Source: Camelus ferus
Lineage: Eukaryota
Assembly (NCBI RefSeq): GCF_009834535.1
Contig: NC_045697.1
Span: 11,162,001 to 11,226,000 of the forward strand
Direction: 5' to 3'
Length of the DNA stretch: 64,000 nucleotides
Of the stretch, positions 11,096-24,870 are shown piece by piece; positions within the stretch are counted from its first letter, which is position 1, and each line of letters starts with the position of its first letter. The notes beneath the pieces were generated by a model. That model had not been told where the DNA came from, made no database searches, and saw only the letters and a program-made list of their open reading frames with translations. The position numbers were made by a program, and so were the translations under genes.

Positions 11096-11453
11096 TGCCT
11101 TAGTCCATTTGGACTGCTAAAACAAAATGCCACAGACTGGGTGGCTTTAAACAGAGATTTATTTCTGCCAGTTCTGGAAGCTGGGAAGTCCAAGATCAAG
11201 GCACCAGCAGATTCAGTGTCTGGTGAGGGCCCTCTTCCTAATTCACAGACAGAAGCTTTCTGTGTCCTCACTTGGTGGAAGGGGTAAGGGAGCTCTCTTT
11301 TATCCCCTTTATAAAGGCACTAATCCAATTCAGGAGGGCTCCACCCTCATGACCTAATCACCTCCCACAGGCTTCCCACCTCCTAATACCATGGCACTGG
11401 GGATTAGCTTTTCACATGTGAATTTGGAGGGGCATAAACATTCAGTCTATAGT
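11096..11453 (-). mobile_element. MaLR solo LTR, MLT1A0-like
   Basis: ttagtccattt...cacagactgggtggcttt...gctgggaagtccaagatcaagg...cctcatgacctaatcacctccc...aaacattcagtctatag; ~360 bp. Confidence 0.85.
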
Positions 11454-12439
11454 AGTCAAGTGAAAGTCAAAATTCCTAGAATCTTGGCATTAAGAGGGCC
11501 CTTATAGAAAGTCAAGGAAAACTTTCCAGTGAATGACAGAATCTCTTCATTGATATCTCTGACAGAAGATCAGCCAGATTCTCCCTCAGCCTCCACAGGA
11601 GTTGAGGTTCCTACTTTGAAGAGGCAATCTTTTATATTGCTAAACAACTTTTTATTCATCTATTCAAAAGGAACTGTGGGTACAGCATGCACAGGGGTCA
11701 AGGGCCAGAAATGATGGCGCCTTCCAGGTCTGCACACTCTTCATCTTTAGTGTGAGTTAGTTCCTCCTAATACAGAGCCAAACACTGTCTCCTGGTGTTT
11801 CCTCGTGACTTGGTAATAAAGTGAGCACATTTGAAATAAGAGATTCTGCCAATCTTTTCGATCCAAAATCAAACCAACACTTCATGATAAGGATCATCAC
11901 TAACTAATTGTATAGTAAATTCTGGCACAGATTTTATTCTCTGGTGATGTTATCAAGTAATAAGTATTTCCTTCCAGTTCATAGGATGTACTTCTGTGAG
12001 TTTGCCTGTAAGACAAGTTCTGTATATCAATGCAATTTCCCACTGACTTTTATTATGTAATTAGGTATATGATGGTCTTGTACCAACATCCGTTATGCAA
12101 ATAGAGCTATGTTCCCATGGAAGGTGTTGGAGATGGAGTGGTTTATAGAACACCTAGAAACAGAAAGGCACTGCACTAAGAACCGTGTGAGAAATAAGGC
12201 AATAATTCCAACCTTCAGAAATAAAAACTACAGAGAAGAGGAGCAAGGGAGGAAAAGGCCAGAGAGAGATTTATAGCTTGAAATGATCATTACTCCAAAG
12301 AAAAGCTGCAGAATTTTATTGCTCACTTCTCTCTTCTCTGGGGGGAAAATCAAGAGAAGTACCTGGGAGACTAGAATTCCCATGATGCTCTCTGTTCCCA
12401 AGATGGCTGATGCTGCCTCCACTGAGGACACATGAATGG

Positions 12440-12580
12440 TAGGGTTGCCAGATTTCACAAAAAGAAGAAAAAATGCAGAACACTCAGCTAAATTAGAATT
12501 TCAGGTAAACAATGATTAATTTTAGTGTAAATATGTCTCAAATATTGCATCGGTGCCTTGATTTCTGTCTGGCAACACTA
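12440..12580 (+). mobile_element. hAT MITE, MER53-like (internally deleted)
   Basis: TIRs tagggttgccaga / tctggcaacacta; perfect 8-bp TSD atgaatgg at 12432-12439 and 12581-12588. Confidence 0.88.
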
Positions 12581-13189
12581 ATGAATGGTCAACTTCTTAT
12601 TGTCCCTCTGGAAATGTTAAATTCCATGAAGATGACACTTGGGGTAACCCCAAACGTACGAGCTCCTTCTACTATGTGTTAAAAACTCTTGGTTGCCATG
12701 TCAGAAGCCATCCTCATCCTGAGATGTTCCTAACATCTTAGGGAAAAACCCAACCACACATCTCATCTGCCCCTAAACATACTCTGACCTGAGGAACAAC
12801 TACTACATGCTTTCCCACTGGAAACTCCCAGCGAGTTAAAAAAGATCATGGTGTTTGTTCCATTTCAAATGGCAGTTCATATTCGATCACGTCATACCTG
12901 CAAAGATGGTCTTGAACTGGAAGGAGACACGCTTTCTTCCCAGGGTCTTGTATAAATACACAAAGTGGGAGGACTTGAGGGGAAAACAATATCTCATTGG
13001 CTCATAAGTGAAAGTAATCACTTCTGACATCTTCTGGACCGGTCTGAATACAAAAACAGTCTAGGTAATGCCTTCATAAAGAAAGTTAAAGCCCCCTGCT
13101 GAATAGATAAGAATAAATGTCCTCATCAGCTTCCACAAGTAAAGGGACAAATGAGAGAGCAAATCTCAGCCAATATCGAGCACGACGAA

Positions 13190-13385
13190 TATAAACAGCT
13201 CTCATTTTGCGTTAAGTGTGTTTTATATATATTAACTCATTTGTTACTCAGAACAGTCCTGTGAGGGAGGAACTCTTATTAGTTCCATTTTACTGCTGAG
13301 AAGCCTGACTCGCAGGGGAGCTAATGAATGACCCAAGGTTACACCACTAGGAAGTCGCCAAGATGGAATTTGAACCAAGGCAGGG
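13190..13385 (-). mobile_element. MIR SINE
   Basis: Core ccattttactgctgagaagcctgac...cccaaggttacaccactaggaagt...ggaatttgaaccaaggcag. Confidence 0.75.
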
Positions 13386-14029
13386 AGTACAATGTTTCCT
13401 TTCCACAATGCCTACTTTTTCCTCAGATTAGCTGGTAAGCAAAAAGCAAAATAAAATCTTCTCAATAACCATGTGGAGCAAATTGAATGGCCTCTCCAGA
13501 GGGTTTATACTGATTCTACCAGAATCCACACTGGGCAGCCACAGCCTCCACAACACATACCTAAATACCCAGCAGACCCCCTTTCCACTGACAAGCATCA
13601 CAACTGTCTATGGACAGCCCCGTCACCCATTCTGCTCCCAGAAGTGAAGCAAAGTGGGTGACGAAACAGTAGAGTGGACTGAATGCCTGAGACCTGCCTG
13701 GCAGCCCCGGGACTTTGGACCAGTCATGGGCTCACCCCTGTCGTGGTTTCCTCATCAGAACAGAAAACGATAAGGTGGTCGTGGCAGCCAGCCTAGAGTG
13801 AGTCCCTCCTCCAAGTGTACGGCACCTAGAAGGCTGGGCTCCTAACTCCCATGGCTGCCCCCACTTTGTAGATGAGGTGATTGCATCACAGAGGAACAAA
13901 GTCACCTTCCAGAAGTCACACATCCAACAAGGGGCAGAGCCAGGAGTTCCTCATGCCTGCCTCACTTCCCGGAAGCAGCTATAGCCTGTGGGCTGCACGG
14001 TTGTGGTGCTCATGCCGCCAGGGAGCTGG

Positions 14030-14185
14030 TCCTGGTCTTACACTTATTTCTGGCTGTGTGATACGTTATTTAACATTTCTGTGTCTTGTTTACTTCATCT
14101 ATAAGCCAGGGGAAATTGCAGACTTTCAGTGACAACTACAGAAGATAATATATGTAAATTGCCTAGAATATAGTCATCAACACAA
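14030..14185 (+). mobile_element. MIR SINE
   Basis: ggctgtgtgatacgttatttaacatttctgtgtcttgtttacttcatctataa resembles MIR core. Confidence 0.6.
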
Positions 14186-14189
14186 CCTG

Positions 14190-14355
14190 GCTATTACTGC
14201 TGCAATTACTGTTACTATTACCATTACTACTACCATTGCCATTACTATTGCTGTTATTAATGCTGTTGTTATTGCTATTTCTGTTACTGTTACCATTGCG
14301 ATTACTAGTACTATTATTATTACCATCGTTATTACTATTGTTCTCACCACTGCTA
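14190..14355. repeat. Degenerate trinucleotide low-complexity repeat (ATT/ACT/ACC)n
   Basis: attactgctgcaattactgttactattaccattactactaccattgcc... Confidence 0.85.
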
Positions 14356-17300
14356 TTTGTGCCTCTCCTATTTCAGCATCCTGTCTCTGTCTTATAAAAG
14401 GAAGAATTGACAGCTCAGAAGGTCTGTAATTCTTGAAATTCTAGAAATCTGGAAGTGAGAAGGGAAAAAAGAAAACAAAGACCAAAGTTTCTTCAAGAGA
14501 AAGAAGTCTTTATGGAGGGCTGCTGGGAAAAGATCAAAAGGAGAAAAGATCTGAAATATCCAACCCTTTGAGTTTCAAATATTTTATTCCCATTTGGTTT
14601 GCGATATTCAAGTCCCAAACTTGGCGTGAACTTGGAAAGTTCTCTCCTTGGTTATCAATGTATTTCTTAAGAAGGATCCACGCAATAAAGGAATCCAAAC
14701 TGAAAATGCCCTGAATGCTCCCATCCCCTGCCGTCCCCTCAACTCTGCTCGCCCTCCGCCTCAATCACCTGAACGTGCCCACGGGCAGTGTTTCAAAAGG
14801 CAACACTAAAGTTTCCACCTGCCCCTCTTATTCAATGTCTTCTCTCTCCCAGGGTAGTTTTAAGAGGTAAATAAGGACAAAATGAAGATGAAAGAAGCTT
14901 CTATTGTGTTCTAGGCTTTGCTGGACTTTATTCTCCTGGTCAAGTGCCTCTCCCCCCGCACAGCCTGTGGGTGGGTTAGCATCCTACTCCTCGTGTCTAC
15001 TTCATTCATCAGGAGAGGAAATGATGGCTGCTGAGGTCAGGTGCCTTCTTGGACTGTGTGGGGACTGATGGAGGCCACGTGCTGGCAGAGTTTGCACGGA
15101 CACACGTCCACACACGGACACTGGTAACTTGGCCAGCGCCTCGCTCCTTACTGTGACTTAAGAGGCTACTAATGACTGCTCTTGACCTGTCGCGCCCTGT
15201 CACTCCCACTCTCCCATGTTGAATTGCTCCGAGTCCTTGAATGCCCACTGTGCTCTCTCTCCCTTCATTCATGTCTGATGCAAACAGTTCTTCTGTATGG
15301 AAAACTCCCTTCCCCACCTCCTTCCTTCTACTCATTCTGAATGGTGAGGTGTAAACGTGGCATCTTCCAGGCAGTCATTCCAGATCACAGAGCCTGGGCT
15401 CCTTGTCCTGCCTATGTGTCCCTCTATTCCGAGTGTCAGCTAACCCGCATTTATTCAGCATCTTCTTATGTGCTGAGCCCTGCTCTAAGCAATGGAGGAA
15501 GGGTCATTTTAGGGAGGAATGAGGGCAGCATCAGCTACAGGAGGATGCTGTGGTCAAGAGTAAGTGCAGGAGGCTGCATGAAATTGGGAAACCGGAGATG
15601 AGCCTTCTAAAGGGGGAGCTAATATTTAAGCAGAATCTTGGAGGCTGAGAAATCAACCATAGAAGGATCTGGAATAGAATATTCCAGGGGGAAGGAGCTA
15701 TGTACACATGCTGGGGCCGGAATGGGTGTGGTGTGTGGGAGGGACAGGGAGCTCCCTGGGGGGCAGTACTAGTGGTCTGTTGGTGTGTCAGTAAAACCAT
15801 TGTCACGGCCAGTTTACATTCACTGTCATTTGATGGACATTGAGCACTTGGACATATGAGAAGAGGTTTAGAACAAGATAGTCATCGCTACCACTTACTG
15901 GCTGTGCAGCCTTGGGCAAGTTACTCAACTCCTCTGATCCTCAGCTTCCTCAGCACATGATTAAAAGTAGACCTTAGAGTTTGTCAGACTGCTGCTATTT
16001 TGAGAGTGGGGTAGCAAAATGTTTAACTCATCTGACACTCCTTTGTCTTCTATGCCAAGTTTGTCACCCACATAAGCCTGACATTCAGGATACAGTCAAT
16101 ATATTGTGCACATTATCCTTGCTGCTGTCACTCATTTGTGTGGAAGGAATAATACCAGCAATTCGCAGATCTTTTGAAAAAGAAATACAAATTACGTACA
16201 GCACCCAAAACATAGTAGGAATTTACCGTGTTAGTGTAGTGGACAGTCCTTAGTTTGTGTTTTCCCAGCAAACGTTTCTCCATCTACTAGAATCATTATT
16301 TCCTTGAGGGGGGGACTTCTTCCAGTTGGATGTATTTGGTGGGACTGTTAATTGGGTGCCCTTTATCTCCCCAGCCAAGTGCCCCACACAAAGCCAAGCA
16401 GATACCTCTTCCCTGAAATCTGAATCATGAGCATAGTCAACAAGACGGAAAAACATGGCATTCGTTCATTCCAGCAATGGCGCGTAAGCAAGTCTTCCTG
16501 TGTGAGAGCATCGCTGTGACTTCTGCTTCCTCCAGTCTCCGGTAAGGTCTGTTCTTTTTCTATCAATTCCAGAGTTTCCTTATAGTCTTCTGATACATTG
16601 CCGTTTGTTTAAATTAAGCAGGGCTATTTTCTTTTGCTTGCAACTCCAAATTATCATCCATCTCTATAGCCGTATGATGATGATGATGACGATTGTTGTT
16701 ATTGTGATTGTTAGAAAAGGGGGTTTAACTAACATTATTATTGTTTATGATTATTTTTGATGAACTAAGCTACCCACAAATGCCCTGCCTAACTGGGGAG
16801 TAGATAATAAAATCAAAAGCACGCTGCACACGTCTCTGCTTGTCTTCACCCCTATGTCCCCACCTGCTCTTTATACACATCTGTTCACATAGCTTGTATG
16901 ATTTGTAGTTAAAGGCTAAATCTTGGCTGAAGTTCAAAGTAAAGGAAAGTTTTCAAATGATGGATTGGGCCTCTGGTTTAATGTCTAGTCTCAAGGTCAG
17001 AGATGCAGTCCCATAAAGAATACCTTTGATCAAATATGAGTAGAAAATGATGCCTGCAAGGCTGGGCACTTTGTGGGGAGGACAAGGACGTAGATTCAAA
17101 TCTCCCCTACACGGGGAAGCCACAGACAGCCCTCTTAACAATGACTCTAATGAAACACTAAGACAGGCAGATGGAAGATAAAGATGAAGAGGTAACATTC
17201 CAGAGGACCTAGAGGGGTCTCATGTGTTCCTCTAGGTCTGGGACGCTGTGATTCTACCTACGATTTTATTGACTTTTATTTGTGTATGTGTGTGTGCATA

Positions 17301-17529
17301 AGGATCATTGGTTTAAGAGGAAATTTTACCTACCTACATGATAATCTTTAACTTACTCAAGTTTCCCACCTATATAATAAAAGTATCATGAATGCTGTTG
17401 CTAGTTGTGAAATAATTGCATAAGCTCCTTTCACAGTTTATTTAAACACCATCAGGTATAATTTACAAAGTTGTAAAGACTAGAGCCAGTCTGGAGCCTT
17501 CCCTGCCCCGCCCCCACCAACCCCGCCAC

Positions 17530-17970
17530 GGTAGATTGAATCTGTGTCCACACTTGTTCATGCCCTCCCTGTATTAGAATCACACGTTCAGCCGTGTGGG
17601 ATCTGACTCTGTCAGATCTGATGGAGTGGGTGGGGTGTATTTTTTCCACACTTGGAGGTTGGGCATGACCATGTGACATCCTTGACCAAAGGAAAGTGGG
17701 CTGAAGTCTCAGGAGGCAGAGCGCATCTCCTCTCTCTCCTTCTCCTCTGGCAATTGAGAAAAATGAGAACAAGACGATGAAAGTGGCTCTTCTAAGGAGA
17801 ATGAAGCTCATTGAACCCACTCATGGCCTGAGCCAAGCCTGGCCAACCTGAGCCTGACACCGAGCTGCCCAAGCCTAGCATAGACCCATGAAGCAAAAAT
17901 AAATGGTTGCTGTTTTAAGACACTCAGTTTGGTGCTATGCAACAATATTGTGATGATAGCTGAGCAATGT
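17530..17970 (+). mobile_element. MaLR LTR, MLT1I/J-like
   Basis: ccatgtgacatccttgaccaaagg and 3' aataaatggttgctgttttaagacactcagtttgg...atagctga. Confidence 0.7.
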
Positions 17971-18409
17971 GTTAGCCCTCACCATACACTATATGGTTCC
18001 TTGAACGATTGTAAATTCTGCAAAGTCAGTGTCAGTGTCGATCTGGCCCATTGCTGTTTCCCTGACTCTGTAGGACAGTTTGTAACACATAATAGTTAAT
18101 GGTCTATAAGTCTGTTGCATGAGCTTCTTTGATTAGTTTAGTCCCCTCTCGCCAATCAGATGTGAGTTAAAGAGAAATCAGCAATCCTACTTTAAAAATG
18201 ACAGTCATAAAAGACATATGGGATTATCTTTCACTTATTCTACTAACTGCAAAATCAATTTGCTTTTTAAATGAACAAAATAAACAGGCATATCTTGTGG
18301 ACAACAGCTCAGATGTCACTTTAAAAACTGTTGGAGAAAATATTCACTGGTTTTTTCTTGAATGGTAGCGGCTCCAACAATGCCAGTAAAAATCATTCTG
18401 AATTTGTGG

Positions 18410-18700
18410 ATTCCTTTATTCATGCAACAAGCCTTTTGATGGAGAACTTACTCTGTATTAAGCCCCGTATTAGATCTTTAAGGTAGAAAGAACAAGCTTG
18501 TGGTTCTTGGCCTTAAGTCACTTAAGCTGTAGTGGGAGACGCAATTCCATGGACATCAGAAGTTTATGTTTGAATAGATAGAAGGAGGGGTCTTCTATAG
18601 GAGCTTAAAAGAAGTACCTAACTCAGACGTGGGAAAAATCAGGGGAGACCTCTTTAAGCAGGTAGATCTGGCTGTATTTAAAATGATGAGGAGATAGTTA
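18410..18700 (-). mobile_element. LINE-2 fragment
   Basis: ttattcatgcaacaagcctttt...ttactctgtattaagcccc, antisense L2 3' end pattern. Confidence 0.5.
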
Positions 18701-21154
18701 GGTGAATAATTCAATTGAAAAAAATAAAATAAAATCTACAGCAACTCTTCTCAGAGACATCGTGGCTGATGGGGTAACAAGGATCGCTCCATTAGGAAGC
18801 AGCTTGTTCCTGGAAAGTTCACTGCTGGGGCTCAGTGTTTGTTCCGCCTGCCTTTACTGGTCACGATTCTGTCTTTTCCATATCCCCCAGTCCTCTGGGG
18901 AAATGATTATTTTTTTTTACTTTGGCAAATAATCCAGGATGAAGCAAAGTCTGCAATACTTTTAGATAAAATATTCACAATTGCCATTTATTTGACCTCC
19001 ATAATAAAATTAATAATAATCCTTTTGTACCTAATATAGGGGACAGTAGCTGCAAATGGAAGTCTAGGAGCTAATTTGACGAGATAAAATCTGATAATTC
19101 AAATTATCTCACAACTCAAAGGACAATGTTTTGGGTCACTTTATGTCACTGAGAATTTCACCTTAACATTTGTGACATATAACACGACTGCTATCTTTCT
19201 ATTACATATATTTTGCTAAGTAACTGAACATAATAATAAAATAAAATTCTAATTTTGTGCACTAACCATTTAGAGAAAGGAAAAACCCCTATAATTAAAA
19301 TATTATACAAAATGACCAGTGGACACGGGGTAATGTAAAATAAATCTCGGAATTTAATAAGCTTTTTAATCATCACTAGTTAAGACAATTGGTTGGGCTT
19401 GTTATTTTCAGTAGCAAGATCAAATCATTTCACGTGATAATTTCGAGGGTTAATTGTCTCAGTTTATTCAATGCAATCTTCTCCACCAGCTTTATTTTTA
19501 TCTGCCAGTACACCAATATGCCGTAATTAGCATAAATTAAACTAAATGAATTCTGTGGGTTACTGAATTATTTTACACCAGTCTTTTTTCATTTTCCTCT
19601 CCAAACATTTAAAGGTTAGGGATGGGTGAATGGTTGGATGGCAAATTCCAACATCTAGCTGCTCAGCTTCAGCTCAAAAAAAAAGCTTAAAAACTGAGTG
19701 ATTGATTTTCAGAAATCTTGGGTAGAAAAACACATCGTGAAAAATGTCATCATGCAAGATGTTGTATCATTATACACTGACCTTCACCAAGGCCCACATG
19801 ACTCACGGCTGGAAAGCAAGGAACTCGACATGCGAACTTAGCCAATGCAGAATGAGAAAGATTCAAGTGTGCGCCTCAAATGAGCGATTTCCCGTGGTCA
19901 GACTGACACACAGTGACCTTGGACAGCTGCGAGGACATTTGTGCTTACCAAAGTGAGTTTTATCTAATTTAGAAACTCAGTTCCTTTAACCTTGCATCAT
20001 TGGTGGTAACATCTTTCACTGAGAAACTCAGCACAGGACCCCTGGACTTACACTCCGCTTTAAAGTCTCAGGATGGTCAGCCCACCCCAAGACCTACTTC
20101 CTACCAACCTTATGGCCTTCCAGGACCACACTACTCAGCCCCCTCTCCACTTACATCACCCCGCCCACGCTTCCTATCACAGACCCACCTGCTCTTCTTC
20201 CTCACTATCTCCCTCTTGTGGGAATTCACCTACCGTTAACTACCTACCATTTTTTTTTCTCTGTAAATGTGACCCTAGAGAAACTCTCTCTTTTCTCAGT
20301 CAGCAGCACTTATTGTGTACCTATTATGTGCCTGACTTTGGGCCTGGTGCTGGGGATGGATGGATCCATTCTTGGACCAGGTAGAAATGATCTTTGCCTC
20401 ACAAAGATTAGAGTCAACAGAAAAGACAGTAATTACAACAAAGCCATAGACTTCCTACATCTGCGAGAGTACAGGGACCTGTAAGAATAGGGGAGGACCT
20501 CTTCTCCATCCTCAAGTTTCCTGTGTTCTCTCTGGAAGCTACCTCTGTTTGCCACACCTGCTTTTCTCCTGTACGGGAGGGCGAGACAGGCATTATCTTG
20601 GTCTCCATGGGAAGGCAAAAAGCAACACCAACAATGTGCTGCTCACTTTCCAGATCCTCACTCTGCAAGCCACCTCCTCCTGCCCTGGTGCCTGGAACAC
20701 CTTGGAGGTAAGAGCTGACCAATTCCTTCTTCGCTCCTAAGCTATGGGTTTGGATTCAACTGCAGCTCTTTCTGGTCCCGTACCCTTAGGGTCCAGGCCC
20801 TGGTATGAAAGGCTTTCCATGATAATTAAGCTATCTATTCAATCCATCACTGAATTCTCATTTATTTTCCCAGTGCCTCATTCATAATAGATGCCCAGTA
20901 AATATTTCTTGAATAAGTTCAATGAATAAACATGTGTTCAATTAATAAACTCTTCCTAAAATTATGATATATTCCAATATGGTGGATAATGTTTGAGTAG
21001 AAAGTTGTGGCCACACAAAATTATTTTGCAGTGTATAACAACATAAAGAAGTTCAAAATTATCATCAGTCTGTTTCAAGGCCTCAGTCTATCAGTTGTGA
21101 ATCAACTAACCATCACAAAGGAGCCTCAAATTCCAAACACCTGAGTTAAAAAGC

Positions 21155-21270
21155 CAGTTCCCTGAGCATATGGGGGTCTATCCTATCCAATACTGAGTCT
21201 CTATTACTTAGCACACAGTTTAGCACAAAAAAGGTGCTCATAATATTTGTTGAACACATTAAATAAATAA
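21155..21270 (+). mobile_element. LINE-2 3' end
   Basis: ctagcacacagtttagcacaaaaaaggtgctcataatatttgttgaa. Confidence 0.65.
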
Positions 21271-21309
21271 GCTAAAATAAACTTTTGACTCCTAAGACAT
21301 TTTCATGTT

Positions 21310-21620
21310 AAAGTTAGTGGTCTGCAGAAGTGTTTTGTTTGATCTGCACTTTTGTTTTTCTAAATTTTGAATTGTTTACCAACATAAAGAATTTTAATGT
21401 GAAAACATTTGACATTTTAAATTTGACCTTCATATTTTTTGGAAATAGTTGAGGATCTAGAAATAATGTAAATGGGAATAAGGCCAGCAGGAATTCATTT
21501 AGAGCTTTGGTGGGCTCTCTTGTTTGGATGGGGTGTCAACTCTTCATCTCAGCACAGTCCCCACCTGGCTGGTTTCATGCACCCATACACCCCAGTGTAT
21601 TTGGTTTTGTGACCCTGATC
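21310..21620. mobile_element. hAT-Charlie element (MER102/MER112-like), degenerate
   Basis: cacagtccccacc motif and terminal tttggttttgtgaccctg. Confidence 0.4.
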
Positions 21621-22689
21621 TAATCAAGCATGTTAAGGGAGAAGCAAGAGAGATTATATGAGATTTGAGGGCCCTAAGGCTCTCTTAAATTCTTAATAAT
21701 TTGTAGTTTAAATCTTTTGCCTATTTTTTAAACAGGGTATTTTAAGTGAAGAGTGGTGGGATGGGAAGAAAAACCACTTTAAAAAATATTTCTGCCTTTA
21801 CAAATAAAACCCAAAATACACCCAAACCAGCCAAATGAGCTGAAAACAACAGGGTGAGGTTGTTTAACTTGCTCTCCACATGCTCTCTGTTGGCCTGGGA
21901 GAGAGAAAGGGATGACCACAGCCCCACACAGCCTAGAAAACGCTAGAAGAGTGCCTTGTTTGACAGTAAGATCAACTGACACCTTTAAAAAGTGCAGTGG
22001 TTTCACTCAAAGTCTGGCGTCTGACAGTCAAATCATCCTTCCTCGGGTCAGCCTTGTCAGTAACATAATGAAGTGAAAATTATTGAGAGTCTATGGAGAA
22101 TCTAGGCTTCCTGAGATGTCTCGAGTCATTTACGTATGGGTAGAACCCTAGAAGGTGACATGGAAGATAAATAACAGCTATCCAGATGGAATAAAATAGA
22201 CACCAAAAGGAGAAATCAAGCTTAGAAAGCTATTCCCTGGTAGCTGACAGGAGGGTTTTCCTGAGGACTCTATTTAAGAAAATATGGGGAAAAACGTGTC
22301 TCCAAGGATATATATTGGATTTGTACTGGGACGTAAGACTCAGCAACCTATCCTTAAGCAATATTCAAACTGAACTTTATCATTATGCCACAAATTGTTC
22401 TTGTTTAATGTTTTCCCTCTTCTCATTTCTCATCCACTGTTTATTGGCCCAGAGCCATCTCAAAATATTATGTTGAGTCAACAAGGAAAGATGCAATGTT
22501 GAGGGTGGAGAGTGATGGGCTCAAGAAAGGGCCAAAGGCTTCTGGCTCTGCCCGTATTGCCTAAGGCTGGAAAACAATTTCACTGCAAACTTTCCAGACT
22601 CCAGGACTCTTATGACGTATCCTTGGCTAAGTAGGCTTTTTCTGAAAAGCTTTAAAAAGAATAAAACTTCAGTATATACGTTTACCCAT

Positions 22690-23335
22690 GCATTCCTTCG
22701 ACAGTGTTATTTGGTATCAGGCACCATAAAGACCAATACTGAAGATCTGACAGTCTAGAAGGAGGTATATACATGGAAGTCAATAATTACAGAGTAATAT
22801 GATAAAGGTTATGGTAGAAGTACTTCTAGGGCACCTAAAGTACATGGCAACAGGGGAAGATCTGGTCAGGGAAAAACTCCTGGTAATAGTTAATGAGTTA
22901 AATAAGAAAGGCAAAATGGTGCCCAGGCAATGACCACCAGTATTCCTGCTTGTTCGTTTCATATAATGGGTATCTATTTTGCCAGGCACTGTGCTCGCCA
23001 GTGTGCTGGCCTCCGGTGCTTGAAGGTGTTAAAAACAAATGGTTTCCCTGGGTAATTTAAAGAGCCCAGTCATGCTGAAATGAAGAAGTGTGCGTGAGGG
23101 TGGGAGGAGACGAAGATGAACAGAGGCAGGGGGAACATTGCCTTAATAAATAACTTTTTATTAAGGGTGGGGCAAATGAAATACTATACACAGAGATGTC
23201 AAGCCAGATCTGGCTTTTAGAAAGAACTCTCTGAGTGTTGTACAGAGAATAGACTGCAAAAGGCAAAGAGTGGGGGTAGGAGACCAATCAAGAGAATAGC
23301 CTAGTATTCAGGTAAGAACAGAAAAGGACCTGATT
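22690..23335 (-). mobile_element. LINE-2 fragment (continues ~24870-25010 after L1 insertion)
   Basis: cagatctggcttttagaaagaactctctgagtgttgtacagagaatagactg...gtaggagaccaatcaagag typical antisense L2. Confidence 0.65.
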
Positions 23336-24870
23336 TCAAAAATTAATACAAAGCTACAGTAACAAAAACAGTATGGTTTCAGGGGAGGATGTAGCTCAAT
23401 GGTGGAGCACATGCTTAGCATGCACGAGGTCCTGGGTTCAGTCCCCAGTACCTCCTTTAAAATAAAACAAACAAATAAATAAAATAAACCTAATGACCTC
23501 CCCCACCAAAAAAACAAACAAAAACTTTTTTTAAAAGACAGTATGGTTTCAACATAAGCATAGACATATAGATCAATGGACTAAAATTGAAATGTCTTTA
23601 CATTTACTGTCAATAGATTTTAAATGAAGATTTCAAGACAATTCAATAGGAAAAGAAAGTCTTTTCAACAAATGGTGCTGGGGAAACTGGATATCCACAC
23701 ACACAATAATGAATTTGAACACTTATATCAGACCAAACACAACAATGAACTCAAAATGAATCATAGACCTAAATATAAAGGCTAAAATAATGAAACTTTT
23801 AGAAGGTAACACAGACTGTGGGTTAAGTAAAGATTTCTTAGATATGACAGTCCATAAAAGAAAAAGTTATCAATAATTTACAGCTCATCAAGATTAAAAA
23901 TTTGGGGGCTTCAAAAGACAGCATTGAAAATGTGAAAAGGCAACCCACAGACACAAAGAAAATGTTTTAAAATCATATGTCCAATAAAGGACGTGTAGTC
24001 CGAATATATAAATAACTCTTACAACTCAACAATAAAAAGAGTAAGTAACACAATTTGAAAATAGTCACAAGTTTGGGTACACACTTCTCCAAAGAAGATA
24101 TGTGACTAGCCAATAAGCACATGAAAAATAATGCTCAACATCATTAGTCACCAGGGAAATACAAATCATACCCACCAGGGTGACAGTAGTCAAAAAGAAA
24201 CAAATGTTGAAAAGAATATGGAGAAATGCGAACCCTTACATTTTGCTAGTGGAAATAAAAAATGGTGCAGTCACTTTGGATAACAGTTGGGCAGTTTCCC
24301 AAAATGTTAAATATGAAATTACCATATGACCCAGCAATTCTACTCTTAAGCAGCTTATTAAAGAAAAATATTTTTACATAAAGACTTATACACAAATTGT
24401 CAGAACAGCATTAGTTATAATAGTCAAAAAGCAGAAATGATCCAAATGTCCGTAACTGGTAAATGAATAAACAAATGATGGTATAGCCAAACAATAGACT
24501 CATACCAGGGAACAGAAAGGAGTGAAGTACTGACAGAATCTACAAGGTGAATGAACCTCAAAAAATATTATGCTAAGAAGCCAGACACAAAAGACCACAT
24601 ATTGTATGATTCCATTCATGGGAAATGTCCAGAAAAAAATAAATCCATAAAGACAGAAAGTAGATTAGTGGTTGCCTGGGGCTCGAGACAGCAAAGCGGA
24701 GCGTACCAATGGGCATTAGCGGTCTTACCTGGGGTGATGAAAATGTTCTAACACTGGATTGTGATGCTCGCTACACAACTCTGTAAGCATAATTTTTAAA
24801 ATATTGAATTGTATACTTACGATAGGTGAATTTTATGGTACACATAAAATAAATAGTAAAGCCACTTAAA
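23336..24870 (+). mobile_element. Old L1 (L1MB-like) 3' portion: ORF2 C-terminus plus 3'UTR
   Basis: tacaaagctacagtaacaaaaacagtatgg (YKATVxKTVW), agacatatagatcaatgg, ttaccatatgacccagcaattc; 3'UTR agacagaaagtagattagtggttgcc...gatgaaaatgttcta. Confidence 0.88.
23382..23537 (+). mobile_element. tRNA-Ala-derived SINE (camelid Vic-1-like)
   Basis: ggggaggatgtagctcaatggtggagcacatgcttagcatgcacgaggtcctgggttcagtccccagtacctcc head with A and B boxes, A-rich tail and acctaatgacctcccccc; 14-bp TSD acagtatggtttca at 23368-23381 and 23538-23551. Confidence 0.92.

Noticed and set aside
12895..12930. Possible minus-strand micro-exon (ccttccag|19 nt|gtatga)
   Set aside because: Not frame-preserving, no recognisable protein; isolated splice-like motifs are common
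14190..14355. CRISPR-like or coding repeat array
   Set aside because: Degenerate trinucleotide microsatellite without repeat-spacer structure; eukaryotic context
17206..17238. 10-bp inverted repeat gacctagagg/cctctaggtc
   Set aside because: About one such stem is expected by chance in 64 kb; no terminator or miRNA context
23382..23454. Functional tRNA-Ala gene
   Set aside because: Followed by SINE body and tail, flanked by TSDs, with mismatched stems; it is a SINE head
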